Shown: positions 1 through 9,974 of the stretch, in pieces
Layout of the letters: the number at the start of each line of letters is the position of its first letter
Position numbering within the stretch: the stretch's first letter is position 1
Source: Chloroflexota bacterium
GTDB lineage: Bacteria; Chloroflexota; Anaerolineae; Anaerolineales; UBA4823
Assembly: GCA_037443025.1 (NCBI GenBank)
Contig: JBBIPD010000002.1
Location: forward strand, 1 to 37,720
DNA length: 37,720 bases
Reading direction: 5' to 3'
The notes under the pieces: generated by a model
What the model was told of the DNA's origin: nothing
Database searches by the model: none
The model's input: only the letters and a program-made list of their open reading frames with translations
Translations under genes and position numbers: made by a program

Positions 1-22
1 GAAAAAAGACCAAGCCCTGGAT

Positions 23-1006
23 ATGCTGCGCCAAAGATTGCAGGAAATCAGCGAGACGGTCAGTCACGGGCGGTTAGCACTGGCGCGACTCAAGACGAGG
101 GATTGGCGTGAGACTGTCCGCGATATTTTGGGGATGGCGGAGGCTGTCTATTACCTCGGCGGCGATTTCCAGCTCTACCAGGACGCAGCCAATCAAATGC
201 TCAGAACCCACGCCGCCCAGGAACTGGCAGACGCCGATTTGCTCGGGTCGCTGCGGATTGAAGAAGAGGCGATTCTATTCGGGATCGAGGACCTGGAGCA
301 AATGGCGCGCCAACGGACGAACCAGATAGCTACCGAGATGATTGACGCCGCGATTGAGGACTTCGACCCCTGTCAGGCTGACCGGGAGGCGGTCGTTCAG
401 CTTCTGAACACAGCCGCCAAAGCCTACATGCTCGGCGTGGAAGGGTTGGAGCCGGAAGAAGCGCGCTACGAGGCGGTTAAATCTAAAGCCCAACAGGCTC
501 TCGCCCATCAATGGAACGCCTATGTTCGGGAAAGGGGTCTGTCCACCGATCTGCTGGAAGATGTGCCCCCCTGCCGCGTCGCCGGTCGCCTGGATATCCG
601 GATTTTTAGCGTCTGTTCGCAAAGCTGGGTCATGGCGGGTGGGATTGACTTCGAAAGCGTTCCGGACTCCAGTCCGGTAGAGCTGACCGGCAGCGGTCAA
701 ATCAAATTTGCCGAGCAGGCAGTCATCGGAAACGAATTAGACTGCTCGATTGATGTCAACGCCGAGGTTCAACTTTCGGGAAAGCTGACCAATGAGGCAG
801 GCGTCCTCTCATTGGAACTCACGCCGTCTTTCAGCGACGACGGGCATTACGCTGTGATCGGTCGGACGACACCAATTCGCGACGAGGGCGTCTATCCTTT
901 CAACGGCTATGGCACCTTCGTCATGCCCTGGGTGGAGGGCAGCACCCACCCCTCGTTTGGAAACACCATTGTCCAATATGTCTTGCACATTACCGCAGAG
1001 GAGTAG
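23..1006 (+). CDS. hypothetical protein (possibly 5'-truncated at window edge)
   Basis: 327-aa ORF. The frame stays open back to nt 2, so the true start may lie upstream of the window. Helical N-half and beta-rich C-half; no family recognised by eye. Followed by a strong hairpin. Confidence 0.5.
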   Translation: MLRQRLQEISETVSHGRLALARLKTRDWRETVRDILGMAEAVYYLGGDFQLYQDAANQMLRTHAAQELADADLLGSLRIEEEAILFGIEDLEQMARQRTNQIATEMIDAAIEDFDPCQADREAVVQLLNTAAKAYMLGVEGLEPEEARYEAVKSKAQQALAHQWNAYVRERGLSTDLLEDVPPCRVAGRLDIRIFSVCSQSWVMAGGIDFESVPDSSPVELTGSGQIKFAEQAVIGNELDCSIDVNAEVQLSGKLTNEAGVLSLELTPSFSDDGHYAVIGRTTPIRDEGVYPFNGYGTFVMPWVEGSTHPSFGNTIVQYVLHITAEE

Positions 1007-1041
1007 ATAAGAGTCGGGTTGGCTCTGACTCTGGAGATAAA

Positions 1042-1079
1042 ACAGACAGTTTGCGGACCGCGGTCTGCAAACTGTCTGT
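1042..1079. terminator. bidirectional rho-independent terminator between convergent genes
   Basis: ACAGACAGTTTGCGGACC (1042-1059) pairs with GGTCTGCAAACTGTCTGT (1062-1079), about 17 bp with one G-U. The minus-strand reading is followed by TTTTATCTCC and the plus-strand reading by CTTGTGTT. Confidence 0.8.
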
Positions 1080-1104
1080 CTTGTGTTCGAACAAACCAGG
1101 CGGC

Positions 1105-2397
1105 TTACACCCAGCCGCGCAGTTCCATGGCTTTGACCACCCGGTCAATCGCCACCATATACGCCGCGTCGCGCATGAACACCTTCTGGCTCTCCGACAT
1201 CTCCAGCACGCTGTTGAAAGCCTGAGTCATCTTGGTATCCAGGCGCTGCAGCACCTCTTCTTTGGTCCAGTAGTAATTCATATCGTTCTGCACGCTCTCG
1301 AAGTACGAGGTGGTCACCCCGCCGGCGTTGCACAGGAAATCGGGGATGACGAATACGCCGTTGCGCTTAAGCACCTCGTCCGCCTCGGGCGTGGTGGGAC
1401 CATTGGCGCCCTCCGCCACCAGGCGCACCCGGTCGCTGATGCGCTTGACCGTCTCGGCGTTGATCTGCCCTTCCAGCGCGCCAGGGATGAGCACATCCAC
1501 ATCCTTGTTGATCCAGTCTTCGCCAGGCTCTATCTTGTAACCTTCTTTGACCGCCTTATCCTTATCAATTGAGCCGTAGATATCGGTGATGGACTGCAGA
1601 TAGCGCGGATTGACCCCGTCCGCCTTGCTAACCGTGTACGCCGTGCGATCCTCGCGATCCCAATACGAGACGCACACCACCTTGCCACCCAGCAGCTCGA
1701 CAAAACCGATGGCGGCGTATTGCGAGACGTTGCCAAAACCCTGCACCGCCGCCACCGCTTTCTTGGGATCCATCTTGAGGTGCTTCATCGCCTCGCGCAC
1801 GGTATAAATCACGCCAAACCCGGTCGCCTCGGTGCGACCCAACGAGCCGCCGCCGCCCACCGGCTTGCCGGTGATCACGCCTGGGGTGTATTGCCCAACC
1901 AGTTTGGAATATTCATCCATCATCCAACCCATCATTTGCGGGGTGGTGCCGACATCTGGGGCGGGCACATCCTGGCGGGGACCGATGTTGCGCCACATCT
2001 GGTCCACCCAGCCGCGCACCAGTCTCTCTTTTTCGCTCACGGTCAGGGTCGCCGGATCAACCGGGACGCCGCCCTTGCCGCCGCCCAGGGGGATATCGGC
2101 GACGGCGGTCTTCCAGGTCATCCACATTGCCAGGGCGCGCACGGTGTCCAGCGTCTCCGAGGGGTGAAAGCGGATACCGCCCTTGGCAGGTCCGCGGGCA
2201 TCGTTGTGCTGGACGCGATAACCAAAAAAGACGCGCTTGGTGCCGTCATCCATCGTGACCGGAATCATGAACTTGAATTCCCGGCTGGGCCAGCGCAGCA
2301 TCTCGCCAACCTGCGGGTCCAGGTTGAGCAACTTAGCAACGTGATCGAACTGACTCTGCGCCATCTGAAAAGCGTTAATTGTCTCTGCCATAAGCAT
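1105..2397 (-). CDS. gdhA: NAD(P)-dependent glutamate dehydrogenase (Glu/Leu/Phe/Val dehydrogenase family)
   Basis: 430 aa. Catalytic-lysine motif PLGGGKGGV and dinucleotide fold VQGFGNVS. AGGAG lies 4 nt upstream of the ATG. Confidence 0.9.
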   Translation of the reverse strand: MLMAETINAFQMAQSQFDHVAKLLNLDPQVGEMLRWPSREFKFMIPVTMDDGTKRVFFGYRVQHNDARGPAKGGIRFHPSETLDTVRALAMWMTWKTAVADIPLGGGKGGVPVDPATLTVSEKERLVRGWVDQMWRNIGPRQDVPAPDVGTTPQMMGWMMDEYSKLVGQYTPGVITGKPVGGGGSLGRTEATGFGVIYTVREAMKHLKMDPKKAVAAVQGFGNVSQYAAIGFVELLGGKVVCVSYWDREDRTAYTVSKADGVNPRYLQSITDIYGSIDKDKAVKEGYKIEPGEDWINKDVDVLIPGALEGQINAETVKRISDRVRLVAEGANGPTTPEADEVLKRNGVFVIPDFLCNAGGVTTSYFESVQNDMNYYWTKEEVLQRLDTKMTQAFNSVLEMSESQKVFMRDAAYMVAIDRVVKAMELRGWV

Positions 2398-2470
2398 TTT
2401 CTCCTGATTCCAACCTTTTATCGTGATGTTTTGATTTGAAAAAGCTCTTTTGAGTTACACCTTATCCCAG

Positions 2471-2504
2471 AAAAATATAAAACGGGCACACCGGACGTGT
2501 GCCC
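2471..2504 (-). terminator. rho-independent terminator downstream of gatB
   Basis: GGGCACAC (2484-2491) pairs with GTGTGCCC (2497-2504) around a 5-nt loop. On the minus strand it is followed by GTTTTATATTTTT. Confidence 0.75.
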
Positions 2505-2637
2505 GCTCAGTTGCCTGACGATGCAGGGGAGATGTCAGCCAGGGAGCTCATTGTTGCGTCTCGTGCTCCAAATTCAGGGTTATTTAACCATAGCAAATGT
2601 CTGACAATTCGTCAAGTGACAAATGCCATATTCAAGT

Positions 2638-4095
2638 TCATTGATTCTGTCGCTCTTTTAACTGGCGCGTCAGCTCTCTCTGCACGACCTGGGGGTTTGC
2701 CTGCCCTTTGGCAGCGCGCATCACCTGACCAAACAGCCAGCCAGCCACGCTCTCTTTACCACCCAGGTAAGATTGCACCTGGGCGGGATGCTCGTCCAGC
2801 ACCCGACGCACCAGCCCGGCGATGAGGTCTGCATCCGAAACCTGGCGCAAACCGCGCTCCGCGACGATCTCCTGCGCCTTCCTGCCGCTCTGGTACATCT
2901 CCGCCAGCACCGCCTTGGCGGTGGTCTGGTTAATCTCGCCCGCGGCGACCATCTCAAGCAACCCTGTCAGTTCTTTGGGATGGATGCGCGGCGTCTCGAG
3001 ATCGTCGCCAGCCTGGTTGAGCAGGCTGAACAACTCGCCAGTGATCCAGTTGGCTGCCATCTTGGGAGACACCCCCGAGGCGGCAACGACCGCCTCAAAG
3101 TAATCCGCCACAGACCGTTCCGCAACCAGCACTTCGGCGTCGTAGGCGCTCAAGCCATACATCTGGCGGAAGCGGTGATATTTCGCCCCGGGTAGTTCCG
3201 GCAGGGCGGAGTGCACCTGCTCCACCCATTCCTGGCTCACGACCAGCGGCGGCAGGTCTGGCTCCGGGAAATAGCGGTAGTCGTGGGCTTCTTCTTTGGA
3301 GCGTTGGGGCGCAGTCATCTCGCGGGCGTCATCCCAGCCCATCGTCTCCTGCGCCACCGGCAACCCCTGGCGCAATAGCTGGCTCTGGCGTCGAATCTCG
3401 TAGGCGACCGAACGCTCCAGAGAGCGGAAGCTGTTCAGGTTCTTGATTTCGGTCCGGGTGCCGAATTCGTGGCTGCCCAGTGGACGCACCGAGACGTTTG
3501 GTTCGATTCGCATCACACCCTTCTGCATATCCCCAGAATTGACCCCCAGGTAGCGCAAGATGCTGCGCAAAGCGCTGGCATAGGCGCGCACATCCTCGGC
3601 GCTATGCAGGTCTGGCTCAGAGACTATCTCCAGAAGAGGCACGCCCGCCCGGTTTAAATCAATCAACGAGTACGCCTCGCCCCCCTGGCTGACATGGGTG
3701 AGCTTGCCGGTGTCCTCCTCGAGGTGAACCCGGCGGATACGCACCGTGCGCTCCCCTTCGGAGGTCAAGATGCTCAACCGCCCGTGACGCGCCAGGGGCT
3801 GCTCATATTGAGATATCTGATACCCTTTGGGTAAATCCGGATAAAAGTAGTTCTTGCGGGCGAAGACGCTCACCGGATTAATCTCGCATTCCAACGCCAG
3901 CGCCACACGCAGGGCATATTCCACCGCCCGGCGGTTGACCACCGGCAGCGCGCCCGGCATCCCTGCGCACACCGGACAGACGGCGATGTTCGGTTTTGCC
4001 ACGGTCGAATCCACCACCGGGCAGGGACAGAACATCTTGGAGCGGGTCGCCAGCTCGGCGTGGACCTCCAGACCGATGACGGCTTCAAATTCCAT
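2638..4095 (-). CDS. gatB: Asp-tRNA(Asn)/Glu-tRNA(Gln) amidotransferase subunit B
   Basis: 485 aa. Hallmark N-terminus [15 protein letters not shown]...KMFC and a C-terminal GatB/YqeY-like tail. No gatA or gatC adjacent. Confidence 0.93.
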   Translation of the reverse strand: MEFEAVIGLEVHAELATRSKMFCPCPVVDSTVAKPNIAVCPVCAGMPGALPVVNRRAVEYALRVALALECEINPVSVFARKNYFYPDLPKGYQISQYEQPLARHGRLSILTSEGERTVRIRRVHLEEDTGKLTHVSQGGEAYSLIDLNRAGVPLLEIVSEPDLHSAEDVRAYASALRSILRYLGVNSGDMQKGVMRIEPNVSVRPLGSHEFGTRTEIKNLNSFRSLERSVAYEIRRQSQLLRQGLPVAQETMGWDDAREMTAPQRSKEEAHDYRYFPEPDLPPLVVSQEWVEQVHSALPELPGAKYHRFRQMYGLSAYDAEVLVAERSVADYFEAVVAASGVSPKMAANWITGELFSLLNQAGDDLETPRIHPKELTGLLEMVAAGEINQTTAKAVLAEMYQSGRKAQEIVAERGLRQVSDADLIAGLVRRVLDEHPAQVQSYLGGKESVAGWLFGQVMRAAKGQANPQVVQRELTRQLKERQNQ

Positions 4096-4101
4096 ACACG
4101 C

Positions 4102-5265
4102 TCATCCGTAACGGCGCATGAAACGCTCGATACGGCTCAATGCCTCCTCAATCTTCTCGTAGGCGGTGGCATACGAGCAGCGCACGTACCCCTCGCCCCC
4201 CGGACCGAACGCGGTGCCGGGCACCACCGCCACCCGCTCCTCCTGGAGCAGCTTCTGGGCAAATGTCTCCTCATCCATCCCGCTGGCGCGAATATCGGGA
4301 AAGGCGTAAAAGGCGCCATGCGGCTCAAAGGTGGGCAAGCCCAACTGGTTCAAGCCGCCCACAATCAGCCGGCGGCGGCGGTCGTACTCCAGGCGCATCT
4401 CTTTGACATAAGGCGCGCCATTCTTGAGCGCTTCCAATGCCGCCTCCTGGGAGGGCGTTGGCGCGGACATGATGGTGTACTGGTGGACGCGCAGCATGCC
4501 GCGTAATATCTCCTCCGGCGCAGCGGCAAAACCCACCCGCCAGCCGGTCATGGCGTAATTTTTGGAGAAGCCTCCCAGCAAAACGGTGCGCTGCCACATC
4601 CCCGGCAGACTGGCAAAGCAGACATGTTCCACGCCATACACCAGTTGATCGTACAGCTCGTCAGAGATAACCACCAGGTCGTGCTTCTCGGCGATGCGCC
4701 CAATCTCCAGCAAAACCTCCCGCGACGCCACCCCGCCGGTTGGGTTGTTGGGAGAACTGATGAGGATAGCTTTGGTGCGCGGCGTGATCGCCGCTTCCAA
4801 AGCTTCGGGGCGCATCTGAAAGCCATCCTCCACAAAGGTAGGCACCTCCACCGCCACACCGCCTGCCAATATCACCTCCGCCTGATAGGCGACAAAGCAC
4901 GGCGTGGGGACGATCACCTCTTCCCCCGGGTTCAAGAGGGTGGTCATCGCCAGATAGAGCGCCTCCGACACCCCTACCGTAATCAACAACTCGCTCTGTG
5001 GATTGTACGAAACGCCGTACAGGCGCTGCAGATGCTGCGAGAGCGCCTGGCGTAGCTCGAACAAGCCCGCATTGGAGGTGTAGTGCGTCGCGCCTCGCTC
5101 CAGAGAGCGGATGCCAGCCTGCAGGATTGCCGGCGGGGTGGTGAAATCTGGCTCGCCGATGCCCAACGAGATGACCTCCTGCATGGTGGCGACAATATCA
5201 AAAAACTTGCGGATTCCAGAGGGTTTTAAACCCGCCACGCGGGTCGCAACGTATTGCCTGCTCAA
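4102..5265 (-). CDS. pyridoxal-phosphate-dependent aminotransferase, class I/II (aspartate/aromatic type)
   Basis: 387 aa. PLP-lysine motif SFSKNYAMTGWRVGF and SSPNNPTG. TTG start with AAGGAG 6 nt upstream. Only 6 nt from the gatB start, so likely an operon. Confidence 0.88.
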   Translation of the reverse strand: MSRQYVATRVAGLKPSGIRKFFDIVATMQEVISLGIGEPDFTTPPAILQAGIRSLERGATHYTSNAGLFELRQALSQHLQRLYGVSYNPQSELLITVGVSEALYLAMTTLLNPGEEVIVPTPCFVAYQAEVILAGGVAVEVPTFVEDGFQMRPEALEAAITPRTKAILISSPNNPTGGVASREVLLEIGRIAEKHDLVVISDELYDQLVYGVEHVCFASLPGMWQRTVLLGGFSKNYAMTGWRVGFAAAPEEILRGMLRVHQYTIMSAPTPSQEAALEALKNGAPYVKEMRLEYDRRRRLIVGGLNQLGLPTFEPHGAFYAFPDIRASGMDEETFAQKLLQEERVAVVPGTAFGPGGEGYVRCSYATAYEKIEEALSRIERFMRRYG

Positions 5266-5313
5266 TTTTTCTCCTTGATATATCCAGCTTACAGGTTGTC
5301 TGACGACGCCCTG

Positions 5314-5541
5314 CTATTCTGCAACGATTTGCCAGGCGTCTTCGTCCTCGTCGTAAAAAAGCCTGAAAACCCCGCCGTCGCGGGCGCGGACTCGAAAACC
5401 CTTGCCCGCCGGAGAGCGCCAGCGCTGGAGCACCTGCGCCACCTCCCGCCTCTCCCCGCGCCAGGTGAAAGCCAGCGGGCGCTCGGCGTAGGCAGCATCC
5501 GAACGGCACTCGACATCGTTGGCAGGGATAATTTCGCTCAT
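5314..5541 (-). CDS. small hypothetical protein (75 aa)
   Basis: ORF in an operon-like position between the nucleotidyltransferase and the aminotransferase. Charged, with an acidic C-terminus (YDEDEDAWQIV). No family recognised. Confidence 0.5.
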   Translation of the reverse strand: MSEIIPANDVECRSDAAYAERPLAFTWRGERREVAQVLQRWRSPAGKGFRVRARDGGVFRLFYDEDEDAWQIVAE

Positions 5542-5581
5542 CCTGTTATTTTGCCTGAAATAAACCCCGGCAGTGCGCCGT

Positions 5582-6595
5582 TCACAGGGTCACCGTGGTC
5601 TGGTCGCCAGCGTTGATGGTCGCCGCCCTGCGGTGAATCTGAGCGCGCCGCCCGATGAGCGAACCTTCCAGGACCGCGCCCTCGACCCACGCCTCATCTT
5701 CGAGAATCGAATCGTGGATGATGCTGGTCTCCACCAGACACCCCGCCCCCAGGGAGACGTGCGGTCCGACGATGGAATTGCGCACCTGCGCCGTCGGGTG
5801 GATGAACACAGGAGGGATGATCACACTCCCAGGGTAGGGGTTATCTTCGCGGCAATTGCTCCGCCCGTTCTCCAGCAGATAGCGGTTCATCTCCAGCAGT
5901 GCTTCCGGCGTGCCCGCGTCCAGCCACACGTCCACCTTCTCGGCGCGCATCCGTAAGCCCCGCTCCAGCATGATATTGACCGCATCCACCAGGAAGAACT
6001 CTCCCTTAAGCTGCAGGTTGCGGCGCATTTGTTCTTCAATCGCCGCGAGCAGGTCTTGCGAATTTTGGAAATAATAAAAACCGACCACCGCCAGGTTAAT
6101 CTCCATATCCTGGGGTTTTTCAATCATGCGCTTTACCCAGCCATTCTCCCCCACCTGTGCCACGCCAAAACGGCGCGGGTCGGGCACCTGCTTTACCCAT
6201 ACCACCGCTTCCGCCGCCTCGCTCTCCAGAAAAGACAGGTCGGTTTCAATCAGGGTATCGGCGAAAACCATCAGCATCGGTCCGTCCAGGTACTCTCGCG
6301 CCAGGTGGATGGCGTGGGATTGACCGCGGGGGTTTTCCTGCACCACATAACGCGCCTTAATCTCAGGGTGGCGCTCGCCCATATAGGCTTCTATCTGCTC
6401 CCCCAGGTAGCCGACGATATTGATCAACTCGATATTCTGCGGGTCGGGCAGGGTTTTTAGCGTCTCCAGGACATGGTCCAGCACCGCCTTCCCCGCCACG
6501 CTGATCAACTGCTTGGGTTTGCTCCAGGTGTGTGGTCGCAGGCGAGTGCCCAGCCCCGCCATCGGGATGACAACTTTCAACGGTTGGCTCATCAA
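5582..6595 (-). CDS. sugar-1-phosphate nucleotidyltransferase with C-terminal left-handed beta-helix (G1P thymidylyl/uridylyltransferase-like)
   Basis: 337 aa. N-terminal VIPMAGLGTRLRP (GxGTRxxP) signature. Hexapeptide-repeat-like C-terminus. Confidence 0.85.
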   Translation of the reverse strand: MMSQPLKVVIPMAGLGTRLRPHTWSKPKQLISVAGKAVLDHVLETLKTLPDPQNIELINIVGYLGEQIEAYMGERHPEIKARYVVQENPRGQSHAIHLAREYLDGPMLMVFADTLIETDLSFLESEAAEAVVWVKQVPDPRRFGVAQVGENGWVKRMIEKPQDMEINLAVVGFYYFQNSQDLLAAIEEQMRRNLQLKGEFFLVDAVNIMLERGLRMRAEKVDVWLDAGTPEALLEMNRYLLENGRSNCREDNPYPGSVIIPPVFIHPTAQVRNSIVGPHVSLGAGCLVETSIIHDSILEDEAWVEGAVLEGSLIGRRAQIHRRAATINAGDQTTVTL

Positions 6596-6795
6596 ATCTC
6601 AGATTCCCCTAACAGTTAAGTAATATCGGATCAGGGTTTTATCAAGTAAAATTAGCCCATAGCCGGCGCACAACGCCCAAAGGTTATCAGGCATTGCACA
6701 GGTGATATTTATTATAACCGTTTATGCAAGGGGAAAGCCGCCTGCAGCGCCTTTCACCGATGCAAACACCCCCTGCTCTGGGTCAGGAGAAAACC

Positions 6796-9700
6796 ATGCG
6801 AACTCCCACACTCAATCAACATACCCTCCCTTTGTTGCTGGCAGCGGCGCTCTTGCTGTTTGCCCTCCCCTTGCTCAGCGTCTTTGCCACCCAGCCTGCG
6901 GCTGAGTCGCCCCAGATTCGCCTGCAATACGCCAGCTTCGATCCGCTCAAGGCAGAGCCGCGCCTGCCGGATGCCCTGCAAATGCAGTTCGAGGCGGACA
7001 AACCGGCGATGATGCTGGTGCAGTTCAATGGACCGGTGCAGCAGGCATGGAAAGAGGCGGTCGAAGCCACCGGAGCGCGCCTCTATGACTACATCCCGGA
7101 GCATGCTTTTCTCACCCGGATAGATGGGGAAACTGCCCAGGCGCTGCGCTCCCTGCCCTTTGTGCGCTGGGTGGGCGCCTACCACCCGGCGTACCGCCTG
7201 CCCGCCTCGCTGAGCGAAAAGGCAGCCAACATGGTCGAAGCGGGCGGGGAATCCCTGGAGCTTCAGGTGGCTACCCTGCCGGACGCCGACCTGGATAGCC
7301 TGGCGGCGCAGGTGGAGGCTTTGGGCGGCAGCCTGCGATCCCGATCCAGCGGCGACCTGGCGGGCTACCTGCGCCTGAGCCTGCCCGCAAGCCAGGTGTA
7401 CCCGCTGGCGGCGTTGGACGGGGTGGTGTGGGTGCAGACCTACCAGCCGCGCCAGCTCTTGAATGACATCGGCGAGGGGATCATGAACGTCACCCCTGTG
7501 CGCACATCGTTGGGGCTGTATGGGAACAACCAGGTGGTGGCAATCGCCGACAGCGGCTTGGATGTGGGTAAAAATGACTCCACCATGAGCGATGACTTCG
7601 AGGGGCGCATCGTCTCCGGCTCCTCGCTCTGCGAGCCCTTCACCGGGCGCACCGCCTGGAACGACTTCCAGGGGCACGGCACGCACGTCACCGGCAGCGC
7701 TCTGGGCAACGGCGCCCTCTCCGGAGGGCAGTTCGCCGGATCTGCACCCCAGGCAAAGATTGTCTTCCAGGCGATTGACGATCCAGATACGGATTACCTG
7801 GAATGCATCCCCGATACCCTGTACGCCGACCTGTTCCAGCCGGCTTATAACCTGAACGCCCGCATCCACAGCGATTCCTGGGGAGGAGCCAGCGGCGAGC
7901 CACCCAACCCCTACGGCGGTTATGACCTGCAATCACGCGAGGTGGACTGGGCTGCCTGGAACTTGAAAAACCTGCTGATTCTGTACGCGGCGGGCAACAG
8001 CGGCGCCGACCAGGATTACGACGGGCTGGTGGATAGCGACTCCATCCTCTCCCCCGGCACAGCCAAGAACGTGGTGACGGTGGGCGCCACCGAGAACAAC
8101 CGTCCCAATTTCACCCAGTATAACTGGGGAGATAACTTCTCCTTCTTCGCCGAGCCGATCGCCAGCGACTACCTGGCAGACGACATCACCGGCATGGCGG
8201 CTTTCTCCAGCCGCGGACCTGCTGACGACGGCAGGGTCAAGCCGGATATCGTCGCCCCGGGCACCTTTATCCTCTCCGCCCGCTCGCACGACCCGGCGGC
8301 AGGGACAGGCTGGCTATCTTATAACGAGCATTACACCTACAACGGCGGCACCAGCATGGCGACGCCGCTCACCGCCGGCTCGGCGGCGCTGGTGCGCGAG
8401 TGGCTGACCAGGCTGCGCGGCTTCAGCAACCCCAGCGCGGCGTTGATGAAAGCCGCCCTGCTCAACGGCGCGACGGACATCAGCCCCGGGCAGTACACCA
8501 GCCCACAGGAGATTCCCTATACGCGCCCGAACAACGTCTCCGGTTGGGGACGGGTGGACCTGAAAGCCAGCATCAACCCTCCTGCCCCACGCCAGATTTG
8601 GCTGGTGGACAACACCAGCGGGCTGACAGACTCTGGCAAAACCATCACCTACACCCTTAAGGTGGGCGGATCGTCGGCGCAGGCGGAGGTTAATCCGCTC
8701 TCGCTGGAAGGGAGCGCAGCGCAGGAAGACTTGCCCCCGGCAGTGAGCACCCCCCAGCCGTTCGCAACCTCGCCGCGGCGGGTCGAGCTGGCGCTGAGCG
8801 GGATGGGGCAAGAAGGCGGCAGCAGGCAAACCTCCCCGCTTGCGCCCGAGGCGAATGTGACAATGGCGCTGGATGACGGCTCTTACGAAGACGCGATGGG
8901 GCTGGTGGATACCGGAAACGGCGTGTCGTTCCAATTCATCTGGTTCAACCGCTTCACGCCCAATCCCGGCGACATCCCCTTCAACCTGGAGCAAATCCAG
9001 GTGCTGTTCGATGGCTCAGCAGGCGTGCCGTTGGGCGGAGAGATTGACCTGGTGGTGTATCAGGACAACGATACGAACCCGGGGAACGGGGCAACTCTGC
9101 TGCGCGTGATTCACGAGACCGTCAAAGCAGTGGATGGCGCAACCTGGTCGGTGTACAACCTGGCTTCGCCGATAGCCATCACAAACTCCGGCGATGTGCT
9201 GATTGCCGTGATCAACCGCTATGTGGATGACGGAGTCTCGCCCATCAGCTACCCCGCCACAATTGACCAAAACAGCGACCAGCTCCGCTCCTGGGTGGGT
9301 TGGTGGGTGGCTGAACCTCCCGACCCGCCCCAATTGCCCACCGATGACACCCTTGCCCTGATTGGTACGGTTGCCTCCGGCGGCAACTGGATGATCCGCG
9401 GTTTTGGGACCACCACCGCCGCCACGCCAACGCCTTCCCCAACCCCGGGCACACCCGCTCCGACACCTACCGCCACGCCCCCGCCGCCGGTCGCAGGCGG
9501 TCCGCTGCGCCTGACCCTGGTCTGGACGGATTACCCGGGCGCCATTGCGGCGGGCAAGGCATTGGTCAACAACCTCGACCTGGAGGTGGTCGCCCCGGAT
9601 GGGACGCATTACTACGGCAACGCCGGGCTGTACACTTCCGGGCAGTGCCTGCGGCAGCAGTCTACCACAATCAAATGGGACGCCTGCAACAACGTGGAGG

Positions 9701-9861
9701 GCGTCTACATCCCGAATGCAAAATACGGCACCTACACTGTGTATGTTCATGGGTATGAGATTGCCAACGGACCTCAGCCCTTCGCCCTGGTCGCCTCCGG
9801 GGATTACCTCCTGGCGAGCGGCTTGAACAAACGCATCTACCTGCCGATGGTGCGCAAATAA
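6796..9861 (+). CDS. secreted subtilisin-family (S8) serine protease with propeptide, inserted domain, Pro/Thr linker and C-terminal P-domain-like module
   Basis: Catalytic triad motifs VAIADSGLD, HGTHVTG and GGTSMATP. The tracked ORF starts at 6724, but a signal peptide (MRTPTLNQHTLPLLLAAALLLFALPLLSVFA) starts at the ATG at 6796, preceded by AGGAGA. PT linker TPTPSPTPGTPAPTPTATPPPP. Confidence 0.88.
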   Translation: MRTPTLNQHTLPLLLAAALLLFALPLLSVFATQPAAESPQIRLQYASFDPLKAEPRLPDALQMQFEADKPAMMLVQFNGPVQQAWKEAVEATGARLYDYIPEHAFLTRIDGETAQALRSLPFVRWVGAYHPAYRLPASLSEKAANMVEAGGESLELQVATLPDADLDSLAAQVEALGGSLRSRSSGDLAGYLRLSLPASQVYPLAALDGVVWVQTYQPRQLLNDIGEGIMNVTPVRTSLGLYGNNQVVAIADSGLDVGKNDSTMSDDFEGRIVSGSSLCEPFTGRTAWNDFQGHGTHVTGSALGNGALSGGQFAGSAPQAKIVFQAIDDPDTDYLECIPDTLYADLFQPAYNLNARIHSDSWGGASGEPPNPYGGYDLQSREVDWAAWNLKNLLILYAAGNSGADQDYDGLVDSDSILSPGTAKNVVTVGATENNRPNFTQYNWGDNFSFFAEPIASDYLADDITGMAAFSSRGPADDGRVKPDIVAPGTFILSARSHDPAAGTGWLSYNEHYTYNGGTSMATPLTAGSAALVREWLTRLRGFSNPSAALMKAALLNGATDISPGQYTSPQEIPYTRPNNVSGWGRVDLKASINPPAPRQIWLVDNTSGLTDSGKTITYTLKVGGSSAQAEVNPLSLEGSAAQEDLPPAVSTPQPFATSPRRVELALSGMGQEGGSRQTSPLAPEANVTMALDDGSYEDAMGLVDTGNGVSFQFIWFNRFTPNPGDIPFNLEQIQVLFDGSAGVPLGGEIDLVVYQDNDTNPGNGATLLRVIHETVKAVDGATWSVYNLASPIAITNSGDVLIAVINRYVDDGVSPISYPATIDQNSDQLRSWVGWWVAEPPDPPQLPTDDTLALIGTVASGGNWMIRGFGTTTAATPTPSPTPGTPAPTPTATPPPPVAGGPLRLTLVWTDYPGAIAAGKALVNNLDLEVVAPDGTHYYGNAGLYTSGQCLRQQSTTIKWDACNNVEGVYIPNAKYGTYTVYVHGYEIANGPQPFALVASGDYLLASGLNKRIYLPMVRK

Positions 9862-9921
9862 CCCAATCCCGAGGGATGCCCTCAAGAGAGGGGAATCAGA
9901 CGTCAACCCAGGATGAATAAA

Positions 9922-9952
9922 AGCGCCTGTTTTCGGAGAGAAAACAGGCGCT
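9922..9952. terminator. bidirectional terminator between S8 protease and clpC (convergent)
   Basis: Perfect 13-bp stem AGCGCCTGTTTTC / GAAAACAGGCGCT with loop GGAGA. A-rich on the left flank, giving a T-run for minus-strand clpC. Confidence 0.8.
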
Positions 9953-9974
9953 CGATGTATCTATGAGATACAGG

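Noticed and set aside
9409-9498. Repetitive ACC/CCG/ACG-rich DNA that looked like a tandem repeat
   Set aside because: It encodes the Pro/Thr linker of the S8 protease. It is low-complexity coding sequence, not a CRISPR, VNTR or mobile-element repeat.
6754-9906. Long minus-strand ORFs (6754-7932, 7933-8289, 8314-8994, 9016-9906)
   Set aside because: All are antisense to the S8 protease gene. They are Arg/Gly-rich with no motifs and are GC-driven open frames.
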